A stretch of 60,028 nucleotides of DNA, the filler included. It is 5 parts of 5 records of this genome, joined end to end, with 100 filler letters (N's around TTAATTAATTAA, not from the genome) between each part and the next. Parts side by side here need not be neighbours in the genome. Positions count along the whole stretch, not along the records: positions 37,783 to 52,546 come from SRR31156797_8408; 4 more parts are not named here. The stretch is one strand, 5' to 3'. Position numbers and translations under genes: made by a program. The notes beneath the pieces are model-generated. The model was not told where the DNA came from, made no database searches, and saw only the letters and a list, made by a program, of their open reading frames with translations. Below, one piece after another: positions 43,069 to 51,964 of this stretch; within the stretch, counting starts at the first letter, position 1, and each line of letters starts with the position of its first letter.

Positions 43069-43508
43069 TATTTAGAACCTAATTGACCTATAACTGCTAT
43101 TGCTCCATTTTCAAACATTTTTCTAAGTCTTGAAGTTAATATATAAAATATTGCAAGAATAAAAAATGAAAGAGCTGAATTGATTAATGGCATACCTGCA
43201 GAAAACCCTTCAAATATTCCAGAAGCATTTAATCCTGCGTTTATATTTTTAGCTAGACATGAATTATCCCCTGAACTAGAAAAAGATTCAAATAAAGATA
43301 AGAATGTCATAATTAGATTTGATACTGTTATTACTAAGTTAATAGCAAAAGCAACAACAGATGCATATATTCCCCATGAAGTTACAATAACACCATAAAC
43401 AAGTATGGTTTTAAATGTATCAATAGTTAATCTTTTTATTATCCATGAAAAAAAGGATACTATTATTGTTGTAACTGCTGTAACTAATCCACCTAATAAA
43501 AATGGCAT
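43068..43508 (-). CDS. pVI-like minor virion membrane protein
   Basis: Hydrophobic; lies between pIII-like and pI genes; coupled to pI. Confidence 0.65.
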   Translation of the reverse strand: MPFLLGGLVTAVTTIIVSFFSWIIKRLTIDTFKTILVYGVIVTSWGIYASVVAFAINLVITVSNLIMTFLSLFESFSSSGDNSCLAKNINAGLNASGIFEGFSAGMPLINSALSFFILAIFYILTSRLRKMFENGAIAVIGQLGSK

Positions 43509-43517
43509 AACTTTCTC

Positions 43518-44885
43518 CTAAAATGCTCTAACTAACATAGATAATGTGTACATATAAATTTTAATTGCTATATAAATTAAAAATAGATGTACAAATAAAG
43601 ATATAAAAGGTTTTATTGAAGCTAATAAACTAAAAAATGAACCTAAAATATCTACACCTTTGACTGTTGTTCCACAAGTTTCAATTGAATTTATTGAAGG
43701 GTTGTATGTAAATCCATTTTCACCAATAGTTTTTATTTCATCTATTTGAGTAACTAAGCTATCATATGATGATGTGAGGTTATTAACATAAGTTTCTAAT
43801 TGAGATTCTGCTTCATCATTTGAGCTATCAGAATTACTTATATTAGTTGAAAGATTAGTTCCTAAATTGTCTACATCTGATACTGAACCTGATATTTCAT
43901 CAAGAAACCCATTTAAATTATTTAAGATATCTTTATTTGAACTATTGATATTTTCTAATAATTGATTTGATGAATCTTGATTAGTTTTTAAATCTGATAT
44001 TGAATTATTGATAGATGAAAGGTTTGTATTAACAGCATTTAATTGTGTTTCTCTTTTTGTATCATCTTGTTTAGATGTATTTAAAAGTGATTCTATATCA
44101 TTTAAAGATTGGGTATGCTCTAGAGATTGTTCTTTTATTGTTTCTAAATACTGATTAGTTAATAAAGAATCTGAATTATTTGAAGTGTCATCATTAGAGC
44201 CTGATGAATTATCATCTGAATTTGAATCAGAAGAACCACCGCCTGTTGAACCTCCACTTGAAGAACCACCACCTGATGAATTATCATCATTTGAAGAATC
44301 ATCTGAATTGTCGTCGTCTGAATTATCATCATTATTAGAGCCATCATTAATATCAGTATCATCACTTTCCAAAGTACAATAATGAGATATATAGTCAGAT
44401 GAAGAGGTACTTCCTCCAACATCCCCTGTTAAATATGATGATAGATTATATCCATCTGCACATATAGGGTTATTATCAGAATCTAGTCCTGTACTATTTT
44501 CAATTGGAGTTAATTCTCCTGTATTTGGATTACAACCATAAACAACGCCGTCAATTTCTTTTGTGTAATTATCGTTACAATTATATCCTGTAACAATTTG
44601 ATGATATTCTACATCTGTTATTTGATTTATTCCTGTTTCTTGACCAAAGTTAATTAAACTATTAGAACAATATAATCTATATGAACCAAAGTCATAACGC
44701 CAATATGTAGTTCCACCATATCGACTTGTACCATTTGTGACTTTTAATACTCCATTGTACATAATATAAGGTTCATCAAAGTTACCTACTTCTACATACT
44801 TGTAATTAGGACAACGGCTATTATTCCACTCTACACTAGAAAATAGACTTGTAAAAATAAGGCTTATCAATAATAGTTTTTTCAT
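43518..44885 (-). CDS. pIII-like adsorption protein
   Basis: Signal peptide, Cys-containing N-domain, Gly/Ser/Asp linker (SSGGGSSSGGSTGGGSS), coiled coil, C-terminal TM. Confidence 0.8.
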   Translation of the reverse strand: MKKLLLISLIFTSLFSSVEWNNSRCPNYKYVEVGNFDEPYIMYNGVLKVTNGTSRYGGTTYWRYDFGSYRLYCSNSLINFGQETGINQITDVEYHQIVTGYNCNDNYTKEIDGVVYGCNPNTGELTPIENSTGLDSDNNPICADGYNLSSYLTGDVGGSTSSSDYISHYCTLESDDTDINDGSNNDDNSDDDNSDDSSNDDNSSGGGSSSGGSTGGGSSDSNSDDNSSGSNDDTSNNSDSLLTNQYLETIKEQSLEHTQSLNDIESLLNTSKQDDTKRETQLNAVNTNLSSINNSISDLKTNQDSSNQLLENINSSNKDILNNLNGFLDEISGSVSDVDNLGTNLSTNISNSDSSNDEAESQLETYVNNLTSSYDSLVTQIDEIKTIGENGFTYNPSINSIETCGTTVKGVDILGSFFSLLASIKPFISLFVHLFLIYIAIKIYMYTLSMLVRAF

Positions 44886-45013
44886 TACTTAGTACCCATC
44901 AAAGCTATTGCACCAAATAATGGTAAAAGTACAATTGAAAAAGTAAGGAAGATATCAAGTTGAGCATTTATAACATCATTGTTAGTTAGTCCAAAATTAA
45001 TTATATCAATCAT
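44885..45013 (-). CDS. 42-aa hydrophobic minor coat candidate (not in ORF track)
   Basis: MIDIINFGLTNNDVINAQLDIFLTFSIVLLPLFGAIALMGTK; ATGA and TAATG overlaps with both neighbours. Confidence 0.75.
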   Translation of the reverse strand: MIDIINFGLTNNDVINAQLDIFLTFSIVLLPLFGAIALMGTK

Positions 45014-45357
45014 TTTGCACCTACTTTGATAACTAGAAAGATAAGATTAAAAAGAATAGTAAAACCAATAAGAATACCTACTAACATATCTAGAGAATCA
45101 TTTGATGAAGAAGTACTATTTTCAATAGGAACACATATTTCATTTTCTTCATCATATGAAAACTTATTATTGTTTCTAACAAACTCTTCAAGCTTTTCTG
45201 TACTATATGATAGTTTTACAGTTTCGCCTGTTGATTTTGTATAGATGATTTTAAAACTATCATTTAAATACCACGATTTAATACACTTACCACTATAAAC
45301 AGTTTCAGCGTTTAGAAAAGTTATAAGAAAAAGAAGAGTGATAATTGAATATTTCAT
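45010..45357 (-). CDS. Minor virion protein candidate
   Basis: Signal peptide, Cys pair, C-terminal TM; coupled within the virion module. Confidence 0.65.
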   Translation of the reverse strand: MKYSIITLLFLITFLNAETVYSGKCIKSWYLNDSFKIIYTKSTGETVKLSYSTEKLEEFVRNNNKFSYDEENEICVPIENSTSSSNDSLDMLVGILIGFTILFNLIFLVIKVGAK

Positions 45358-45455
45358 TTTAAAGCCTTTATAGCTTTATTTAAAGTCCATATAACACCAA
45401 AAAAGAAAGCATATGAAGAAAATAGCATTGATATGTGTTCTAAGTTTATTTGCAT
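45354..45455 (-). CDS. 33-aa pVII/pIX-like minor coat candidate (not in ORF track)
   Basis: MQINLEHISMLFSSYAFFFGVIWTLNKAIKALK; AAGGA RBS; ATGA overlap. Confidence 0.75.
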   Translation of the reverse strand: MQINLEHISMLFSSYAFFFGVIWTLNKAIKALK

Positions 45456-45605
45456 ACTGTATATCCTTTTAGTTGCTCTCTAAACTACTCCATGAGCTTA
45501 TATAATCCCAACAGCTTTGAGAGTCGCAGTTTGCTCATTATTTTTAATCAAACAATCATTTTCTTTTAATTGATTGAATAAAAATAATCGAGCCCCTTTT
45601 GAAGA

Positions 45606-45641
45606 ATTTAGGGATTAGACACAATTGAATAATCCCTAAAT
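45606..45641 (-). terminator. Hairpin just after the major coat gene (central-terminator-like)
   Basis: Perfect 12-bp stem ATTTAGGGATTA / TAATCCCTAAAT. Confidence 0.65.
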
Positions 45642-45648
45642 CAAAGGC

Positions 45649-45924
45649 TTAACCTCTTTTCATAACTCCAATAGCTTTTAAAAGACCCCATAACCCTCCA
45701 AGACCTGCTATTACAGCAATAGCAACATCAGTTGGTTCAGTTATTGATAATGTAGGAGCAGTAAACCCTGATGCAACTGCATTTGAACCTGTAACAACTA
45801 CAGTTGCAACTACACCACCTAAAACACTTTTGTTAGAACTTGTTTGTTCAACTTCAACACTTTCATCTTTTGACATTTCCATTACTGATGGAACTTTTAC
45901 ATTTAAAGTTTCGTTTCTTGACAT
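45649..45924 (-). CDS. Major coat protein (pVIII-like) precursor
   Basis: Leader ending AVA; 40-aa mature part with acidic/polar N-terminus, TM and basic C-terminus (KAIGVMKRG); AAGGA RBS; hairpin downstream. Confidence 0.8.
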   Translation of the reverse strand: MSRNETLNVKVPSVMEMSKDESVEVEQTSSNKSVLGGVVATVVVTGSNAVASGFTAPTLSITEPTDVAIAVIAGLGGLWGLLKAIGVMKRG

Positions 45925-46010
45925 TTTGTTTTCCTTTGTGTGGGATAACCTATCCCCTAGTTTGATTTTGTTGAATACACAGCCACGAGCTCAAACAGAT
46001 ATGTACTCAA

Positions 46011-46712
46011 TCAAATCAAAGTTATAGAACCTAATACAACCAAATGCAATGGATAAAAAACATAATAAATTAATTTGTGAAACCTATAAGATAAGATATG
46101 AACTTGTTTATTTGTAATAAAAATATTGATTAAAATAATTGTAGTAATAAGTGATGTTAGATTATAAAAAATTGATGTAAAACCATTTAGTAAAAAACTA
46201 AACAATAATAAGATTAGAAGATTGTATATATTTAGTCTTGAACTTATAAAAAGATATAAAAATATAAGATAAAAAAATCCAAATGTACTATATTCAACAA
46301 AATAGCTAAATATCAAAGATAGAACCAGAACTAAAAAGACTTGATATCTATTTGATACATATTCTAAGTTATAAATTGTAATCATTGCAAGGAAGAAAGT
46401 AAAAAAGATATTTAATACATCTAGTCCAAAATCAAAAGCATATATAAATGCATATTGAGAGATAAGAGCTATTAAAAGAATATTTAATATGTGTGCTACT
46501 TTATCTAAAACATTAAAGTAGAAATTGTACATAGTGATAAATGCAAAGATTGGGAAAGCTAATCTTCCAATTATTCTAAAAGCTACAATATCAGGATATA
46601 AGATTACTCCTATATGATCAATGAGCATAAACAAAAAAGCTAAGTTTTTTAGTGAGCTAATTGTTTTTGAATCTAAACTATTGATATTGTGAGCTTTTAA
46701 AATTGTACACAT
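46011..46712 (-). CDS. TraX-family membrane acyltransferase (pilin acetylase-like)
   Basis: LK..A...MLIDH.G, GRLAFPIFAF, EY, C-terminal YYVFYPLHL. Confidence 0.88.
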   Translation of the reverse strand: MCTILKAHNINSLDSKTISSLKNLAFLFMLIDHIGVILYPDIVAFRIIGRLAFPIFAFITMYNFYFNVLDKVAHILNILLIALISQYAFIYAFDFGLDVLNIFFTFFLAMITIYNLEYVSNRYQVFLVLVLSLIFSYFVEYSTFGFFYLIFLYLFISSRLNIYNLLILLLFSFLLNGFTSIFYNLTSLITTIILINIFITNKQVHILSYRFHKLIYYVFYPLHLVVLGSITLI

Positions 46713-46720
46713 GATTTAAC

Positions 46721-47116
46721 CTAACTAGCTTTTTTCTCTTTAGTTGAAAAAGCATCTATGATTTGTTTTCCGATTTCATTAACAGTAACAGCAGGATATG
46801 GATTGTTTTGGAACTTACGAGGTAAATTTCCAGTTAGTTTGATATAAACACCTTGACTTTTTAATTGTCTCAATAGTTTGTTTAGTTGAGCAGATTCTTC
46901 TGCATTTGTAGTTATGATTTTAAATTCAACCATTTCTGTAACATCTTTGATTCCTAAAACTTCATCTTCTACTTCTGTAAGATTTTCAACTACAAACTTA
47001 ACTGATGAATCATAAGGATGACCATTGTCTAAAGTTCCACCACCTGATGGTCGAATCTGTTTCATATTTGAAACCTCATAACTTACGATAAAACCTTGTT
47101 CTACTACTCCACTCAT
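46721..47116 (-). CDS. Probable phage ssDNA-binding protein (pV-like)
   Basis: Size, beta-rich pattern and position upstream of the coat module; function inferred. Confidence 0.5.
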   Translation of the reverse strand: MSGVVEQGFIVSYEVSNMKQIRPSGGGTLDNGHPYDSSVKFVVENLTEVEDEVLGIKDVTEMVEFKIITTNAEESAQLNKLLRQLKSQGVYIKLTGNLPRKFQNNPYPAVTVNEIGKQIIDAFSTKEKKAS

Positions 47117-47230
47117 AATTTCCCCTTTTTATAAAATTTACCCCCGAGAAATAACGGCATAAGAGGGGGCGTCCTATACCGAGAATACATAAGCACTCTA
47201 TAAAATCTAAAAAATAGACTTAATAGAAAG

Positions 47231-47443
47231 CTAAAGAATCAAGCTATAAAAAGTATTAAAATTTGGTTCAAAATATTCGATTTTTCTATTATTTAGTTCT
47301 AGTGTTTCTATTGCTCTTTTTATAGATACTTGTATATTTTCTTCAAATTTATATTTTCCACTTAGATTTATTGCAACAAAACAAAAATTTTCTTTTTTTG
47401 AATCTTCAAATTTATAGTTGAGTTTAAATATAGATGTAGTCAT
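47231..47443 (-). CDS. Small hypothetical phage protein
   Basis: 70 aa; overlaps the upstream ORF by 4 nt. Confidence 0.55.
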   Translation of the reverse strand: MTTSIFKLNYKFEDSKKENFCFVAINLSGKYKFEENIQVSIKRAIETLELNNRKIEYFEPNFNTFYSLIL

Positions 47444-47754
47444 AACTTATCTATCTCACTTATTATTATTTGATGTAGTTCATCAAGTTTAGTATTAAGT
47501 TTTTTTACTCTTTGAGTATCTATTTTATCGATATAGAACATTCTTTTTGTATGTAGTTTATGTCTAGCTTCAAGGAGTTTACTTAAGTCAATCTTTTTTT
47601 GTTTCACTAGTTTTAAAAAGTCATAGATAGTAGTTTGATTTTTATGTATTATAATGTTATTTATTCTTTTTGTAAGTTTATTAAGCACTAATTCACTTTG
47701 AGAATTAGTTGAAATATGGTAAGATTGAGTATTAAATAACGAAATTGATTGCAT
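47440..47754 (-). CDS. Basic hypothetical phage protein, first gene of the leftward operon
   Basis: ATG 47754 after AGGGG RBS. Confidence 0.6.
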   Translation of the reverse strand: MQSISLFNTQSYHISTNSQSELVLNKLTKRINNIIIHKNQTTIYDFLKLVKQKKIDLSKLLEARHKLHTKRMFYIDKIDTQRVKKLNTKLDELHQIIISEIDKL

Positions 47755-47797
47755 TTTTTGACCCCTTAAAATAATGTAAAACAAATAAAGATAATGA

Positions 47798-47827
47798 AAT
47801 ATTACAGAATTTCTGAAATATTGTCAA
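47798..47827 (-). promoter_or_regulatory. Leftward phage promoter overlapped by a palindromic operator
   Basis: TTGACA-N17-TAATAT on the minus strand; dyad AATATT-a-CAGAA-t-TTCTG-a-AATATT at 47798-47822. Confidence 0.7.
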
Positions 47828-47843
47828 GGAAAATACAGAAAAT

Positions 47844-48158
47844 ATGAAAAATTTTAAAGAAATCATTAATGATTTGAAACATGAGCTTAATATTAAAAGT
47901 GATAAAGATTTATCTAAAAAGCTTTCAATTAGCAATACTGCATTTAGTGAAAGAAAAAGAACAGAATCTATTCCTCACAAAGAAATCATTGATTTATGTA
48001 TTTCAGAAGATTTGAATTTAAATAAAATTTATTCAGAAAAAATGGAAGATATCAATTATAAAAATGAACTTAAAAAAACAATTGATTTACTTAATGACAA
48101 TCAAATTGAATACATATATCATTTGGCAAAAGCAGAAGAAAAGAAAAATAATTTATAA
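47844..48158 (+). CDS. Phage repressor (186 CI-like HTH)
   Basis: II..LK..L.IKSD.DLS..L.IS...FS..K...SIP pattern; divergent from phage genes. Confidence 0.82.
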   Translation: MKNFKEIINDLKHELNIKSDKDLSKKLSISNTAFSERKRTESIPHKEIIDLCISEDLNLNKIYSEKMEDINYKNELKKTIDLLNDNQIEYIYHLAKAEEKKNNL

Positions 48159-48215
48159 AATGCAACAGAAATTGCAACACTTTTAAATTATAATAATCTA
48201 TCAAAAAGGTAAATA

Positions 48216-50672
48216 ATGAATGTTAAATGGATAAAACTAGGTTTCCTAGATGAATCTAACTGCAATTTTTCAGATTATAACAAAGACATTGGAATTTTTA
48301 AAGCAACTTATAAAAATGAAATTGTTTATATTGGACAGGCAATTGAAAAAGAAAATGGTGGATTTAGAAAAAGATTAAGAGATTTTACAAGAGACAGTTC
48401 TAGTTCTAGAAATTCTGATGCAGGCAAATTACTATTCAAAAATAAAAAAAATGTATTGATTGAGATATGTATATTAAATGATCATAATATAGCAGAAATT
48501 GAAGAATTAAAAAATGAATTAATATTTGAATTAAAACCTAAATGGGATAAATCTGAATTCTTTAATTGGAATTTTGATGTAAATGTATTTAAACTACTAG
48601 GAAGTCAGTTAATCTCTGATAAATTTACTGCAATTATTGAATTAGTAAAAAATTCATATGATGCAAATGCTACAGAGGTTAAAATAGATTTTATTGATAC
48701 TTTATCTACAAAAGGAAAAATAATTATTTCTGATAATGGTTTAGGAATGAATAAAGAAGATATTACTTCAAAGTGGATGACTATAGGAACAAATAGTAAA
48801 AGAAGAGAAACTCATAGTCCAGAACCTTTTAATAGAGTATTTTTAGGAGAAAAAGGAATAGGTAGATTTGCTATAGAAAAAATTGCAAACTATATAACTC
48901 TTGAAAGTAAGCAAAAAAACTCAAATATAAATCATAAATTAACAGTAAATTGGTCTATTTATGAAAACTCATCAAAACAAAATAACTCAAAATTATTTAC
49001 AAATATGCTAAATCAGTATGAACCAATAGAAATTAAAAGTTTAAATTCTAAAACAGGTACAACTCTAACCTTTGAAGATTTAAAAGAAGAATGGACAGAA
49101 CGCGATATAAGAAGGTTAAAAAGAGAATTAGCAAAACTTGTATCCCCTATAAAAGATGTAAAAAATAAACATGAATTTAGAATTCATATAAAAGAAGAAC
49201 TAGAGAAAGGATTATTTGATACCTCTAAATATGAAGAAGTGATAAACTCATCATTATCTTATGCAACAAATACTTACAAAATTTCTTTTGATAAAGATTA
49301 CCAAGAAGAATTACGTTTTAATGATGATACAAAAGAAATCGAAATCAATAAAATAAAATTAAAAAGTTTTGGTCCAATTAATATTCATATTTATTATTTT
49401 AATAAAGCTGACAGGAGAAAATTTAAATTAGCATATCAAGCTAAAGATTTAAAAATAGATGGATATAAAATATATAGAGATGGTATATTAGCAACTCCTT
49501 TTATTGAAACTGCATCAGTAGAAGTTGGTGTTGATAGTTATAGAGATATTTTTGGTATAGATAAAAAAAGATGGTCTGATACTTTTAACAAATTAAGTAC
49601 ACATGATTTTATAGGAATAATAGAAATATCAAAAGAAAAAAACCCAGAAATAAGAGATTTAACTAATAGACAAGATTTTGAAGAAACAAAAGAATACAAA
49701 GATTTTAAAGATTTTATTTTTGATCAATTAAAAGCGATTCAAGAAAGACTTAAATATGAAAGAAAACTTGAAAAAGAAAAAAATCAAGATGAAATAGATA
49801 ATGCACAAAATGAAGTATTTGATATAAAAAATCATTTAAACAATTTAATAGAAAATAACCCTGAATTAAAAGAAAATATTCAACCAATGTATAGTTATTT
49901 AGATAATGTTTCTAATGTATTAAAAACTAGTTCTAAAGAAATTAATGATTTAAATGAAACTATAGAAAAAAAGGATGAACTATATCATAGCTTAATGTCT
50001 CTACAAGAATATGCTGCAGAACTTGCACATATGGTTAGAAACTCATTAGTTAAAATTCTGGGTATTTCACGTTATATAGTTGATCATTTATTAAATCACA
50101 AACTATTTAATAAATCAAAAATGTTACATAATGAACTAGAAGCAATGTTGCAAGATGTAGAATATATGTTAGATTATGCAGAAAGTGGCCATAAATTAAA
50201 AAAATTTGATATGTCGGAATTAATATTAAAAGTATTTGATAGATTTTCTAACTCTTTTGAAAAAGAGAATATTACTATTGAACTATCAAAACCTGAATCT
50301 TTTATAGTAACTCATGTAGAAACTTTTATTAGAGATGTTTTTAATAATTTAATTAGTAATTCAAGAAAAGCTCTTAAAGAAGTTCAAAAAGATAAGAAAA
50401 TCATCAAATGTACTGCATATAAAGAAGAAAATGAATTCATAATAATTTTTTCAGATAATGGTATAGGTATTGATGATGATATAAAAGATAAAATTTATGA
50501 CAGATATTTTTCAACAACACAAGATAGAGGTGGTGCAGGAATAGGATTATACGTTGTTAAAAATAATTTAAAAACTGTAAATGCAGAAATTAATTTAGTT
50601 AAAAGTGAATTTGAAACTGGAGCTACTTTTAAAATAACAATTCCATTAAAAAAGGTTGATTTAGATGATTAA
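48216..50672 (+). CDS. Fusion of a degenerate GIY-YIG-like domain, MORC/MutL-type GHKL ATPase, coiled coil and histidine kinase
   Basis: GIF..YIGQA..RL; ELVKNSYDA, DNG.GM, GEKGIGRF; H-box ELAHMVRN, NNLISNS, DNGIGI, GAGIGL; no TM. Confidence 0.88.
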   Translation: MNVKWIKLGFLDESNCNFSDYNKDIGIFKATYKNEIVYIGQAIEKENGGFRKRLRDFTRDSSSSRNSDAGKLLFKNKKNVLIEICILNDHNIAEIEELKNELIFELKPKWDKSEFFNWNFDVNVFKLLGSQLISDKFTAIIELVKNSYDANATEVKIDFIDTLSTKGKIIISDNGLGMNKEDITSKWMTIGTNSKRRETHSPEPFNRVFLGEKGIGRFAIEKIANYITLESKQKNSNINHKLTVNWSIYENSSKQNNSKLFTNMLNQYEPIEIKSLNSKTGTTLTFEDLKEEWTERDIRRLKRELAKLVSPIKDVKNKHEFRIHIKEELEKGLFDTSKYEEVINSSLSYATNTYKISFDKDYQEELRFNDDTKEIEINKIKLKSFGPINIHIYYFNKADRRKFKLAYQAKDLKIDGYKIYRDGILATPFIETASVEVGVDSYRDIFGIDKKRWSDTFNKLSTHDFIGIIEISKEKNPEIRDLTNRQDFEETKEYKDFKDFIFDQLKAIQERLKYERKLEKEKNQDEIDNAQNEVFDIKNHLNNLIENNPELKENIQPMYSYLDNVSNVLKTSSKEINDLNETIEKKDELYHSLMSLQEYAAELAHMVRNSLVKILGISRYIVDHLLNHKLFNKSKMLHNELEAMLQDVEYMLDYAESGHKLKKFDMSELILKVFDRFSNSFEKENITIELSKPESFIVTHVETFIRDVFNNLISNSRKALKEVQKDKKIIKCTAYKEENEFIIIFSDNGIGIDDDIKDKIYDRYFSTTQDRGGAGIGLYVVKNNLKTVNAEINLVKSEFETGATFKITIPLKKVDLDD

Positions 50673-51318
50673 TATAGTTTATATAGATGATCAATTGTTT
50701 ACGGGGAAATATACAACATATGAGGACACACACGATTTTTGGAAATATAGTTTAATAGGTATTAATGTGGATCAATTTAATTTATTTCTTTTTGATGATC
50801 CAAAAGAGTGTATAGAAAAAATCAAATCTCTTGGTAATAATACAATTCTATTATTAGATATACAAATGGAACTTCAACAAACTGATGGAGCAAAAGTACT
50901 AAAAGAAATTAGAGACAATAATATAACTATTCCTGTAATAGGCTACTCTGGAAATAAAGAAAATGAGAAAAATGACAGATACCTCGTCTCTTTATTAGAA
51001 AATGATTTATTTGGATATGTTCAAAAGAAAACTGGTAACGAACCTGAACTTATTGAAGCAATAAATAAAGCTATTGAAAAATTTAAAGATAATATTCCAT
51101 TAGAATTAACAGAAGCATTAGGTGAGTATTTAGAAAGATATGACGAATTAAAAGATGCAAAAATTTTAATACAAGAAGCTGATGGGACAAGTGAAACAAT
51201 TACTTTTTCAGAAATACAAGAGCATATAAATAAAGGTACTTTACTAGGTAAAGACTATCAAAAAGCACTATATAAAATTGCATTTGAAGATTTAAAAAAA
51301 CAAAAAAAAGCTATTTAA
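50665..51318 (+). CDS. Receiver-domain protein with C-terminal extension
   Basis: YIDD, LLLDIQM (phospho-Asp), GYSG, YVQK; 8-nt overlap with the kinase. Confidence 0.85.
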   Translation: MINIVYIDDQLFTGKYTTYEDTHDFWKYSLIGINVDQFNLFLFDDPKECIEKIKSLGNNTILLLDIQMELQQTDGAKVLKEIRDNNITIPVIGYSGNKENEKNDRYLVSLLENDLFGYVQKKTGNEPELIEAINKAIEKFKDNIPLELTEALGEYLERYDELKDAKILIQEADGTSETITFSEIQEHINKGTLLGKDYQKALYKIAFEDLKKQKKAI

Positions 51319-51944
51319 TGAATGATATATTTATTATTTCTTACACTTGTGACATATTAAAAGATTATTTTTTAAGATGTAATGAGGATATTGTTACTTA
51401 TCTTAATTTTAAAAAAATAGATATAAATATACATTGTAATCATAATTCATGTAATAGAGAAGAAATTCATTCAAAACTAGAAAATTATAATGACAATTAT
51501 ATAGTTACAATTTATGCACATGGAGAGAACGAAAGAATTATCAATAATTTGCATGAAGATTTAATTAACTTAGATGATGCAAAATCTTATTATAACAATG
51601 CAATTGTGTACTCTGGTTGTTGCTTTTCAGGAAATGAATTAGGGAAGACTATGCATTTATATCAATGCAAATTATTTTATGGTTATGTAAAAAAATTTTA
51701 TTTATCCACCTTTTGTAAAGATACATTTGTTGAATTGAATAATTTTGCATTAAAAGAAATTTTAATAGATAATCAAATAGATGTAAATCTTTTATGTGAA
51801 AAAATAAATAAGTTTTTTGATAATAAAATGGAAGAGTTTAAAAGTAATGAACCTGCTACTGCATTATTGTTAAACCCTTTAATTATGCATAATCGTGAGG
51901 CATATGTTATTTATAAAGATAAAAAAGAGTACCCCTCTAAATAG
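51318..51944 (+). CDS. Putative caspase-like (clan CD, CHAT/C25-like) cysteine protease
   Basis: Strand-HG motif IVTIYAHG and strand-C motif IVYSGCCFSG..LG, then FYGY; TAATG coupling. Confidence 0.6.
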   Translation: MNDIFIISYTCDILKDYFLRCNEDIVTYLNFKKIDINIHCNHNSCNREEIHSKLENYNDNYIVTIYAHGENERIINNLHEDLINLDDAKSYYNNAIVYSGCCFSGNELGKTMHLYQCKLFYGYVKKFYLSTFCKDTFVELNNFALKEILIDNQIDVNLLCEKINKFFDNKMEEFKSNEPATALLLNPLIMHNREAYVIYKDKKEYPSK

Positions 51945-51964
51945 TAGAATTACTAGGAAATTTA

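Noticed and set aside
46011-46712. TraX as evidence of a conjugative element
   Set aside because: No relaxase, coupling protein or T4SS genes are present; the gene is embedded in the phage operon.
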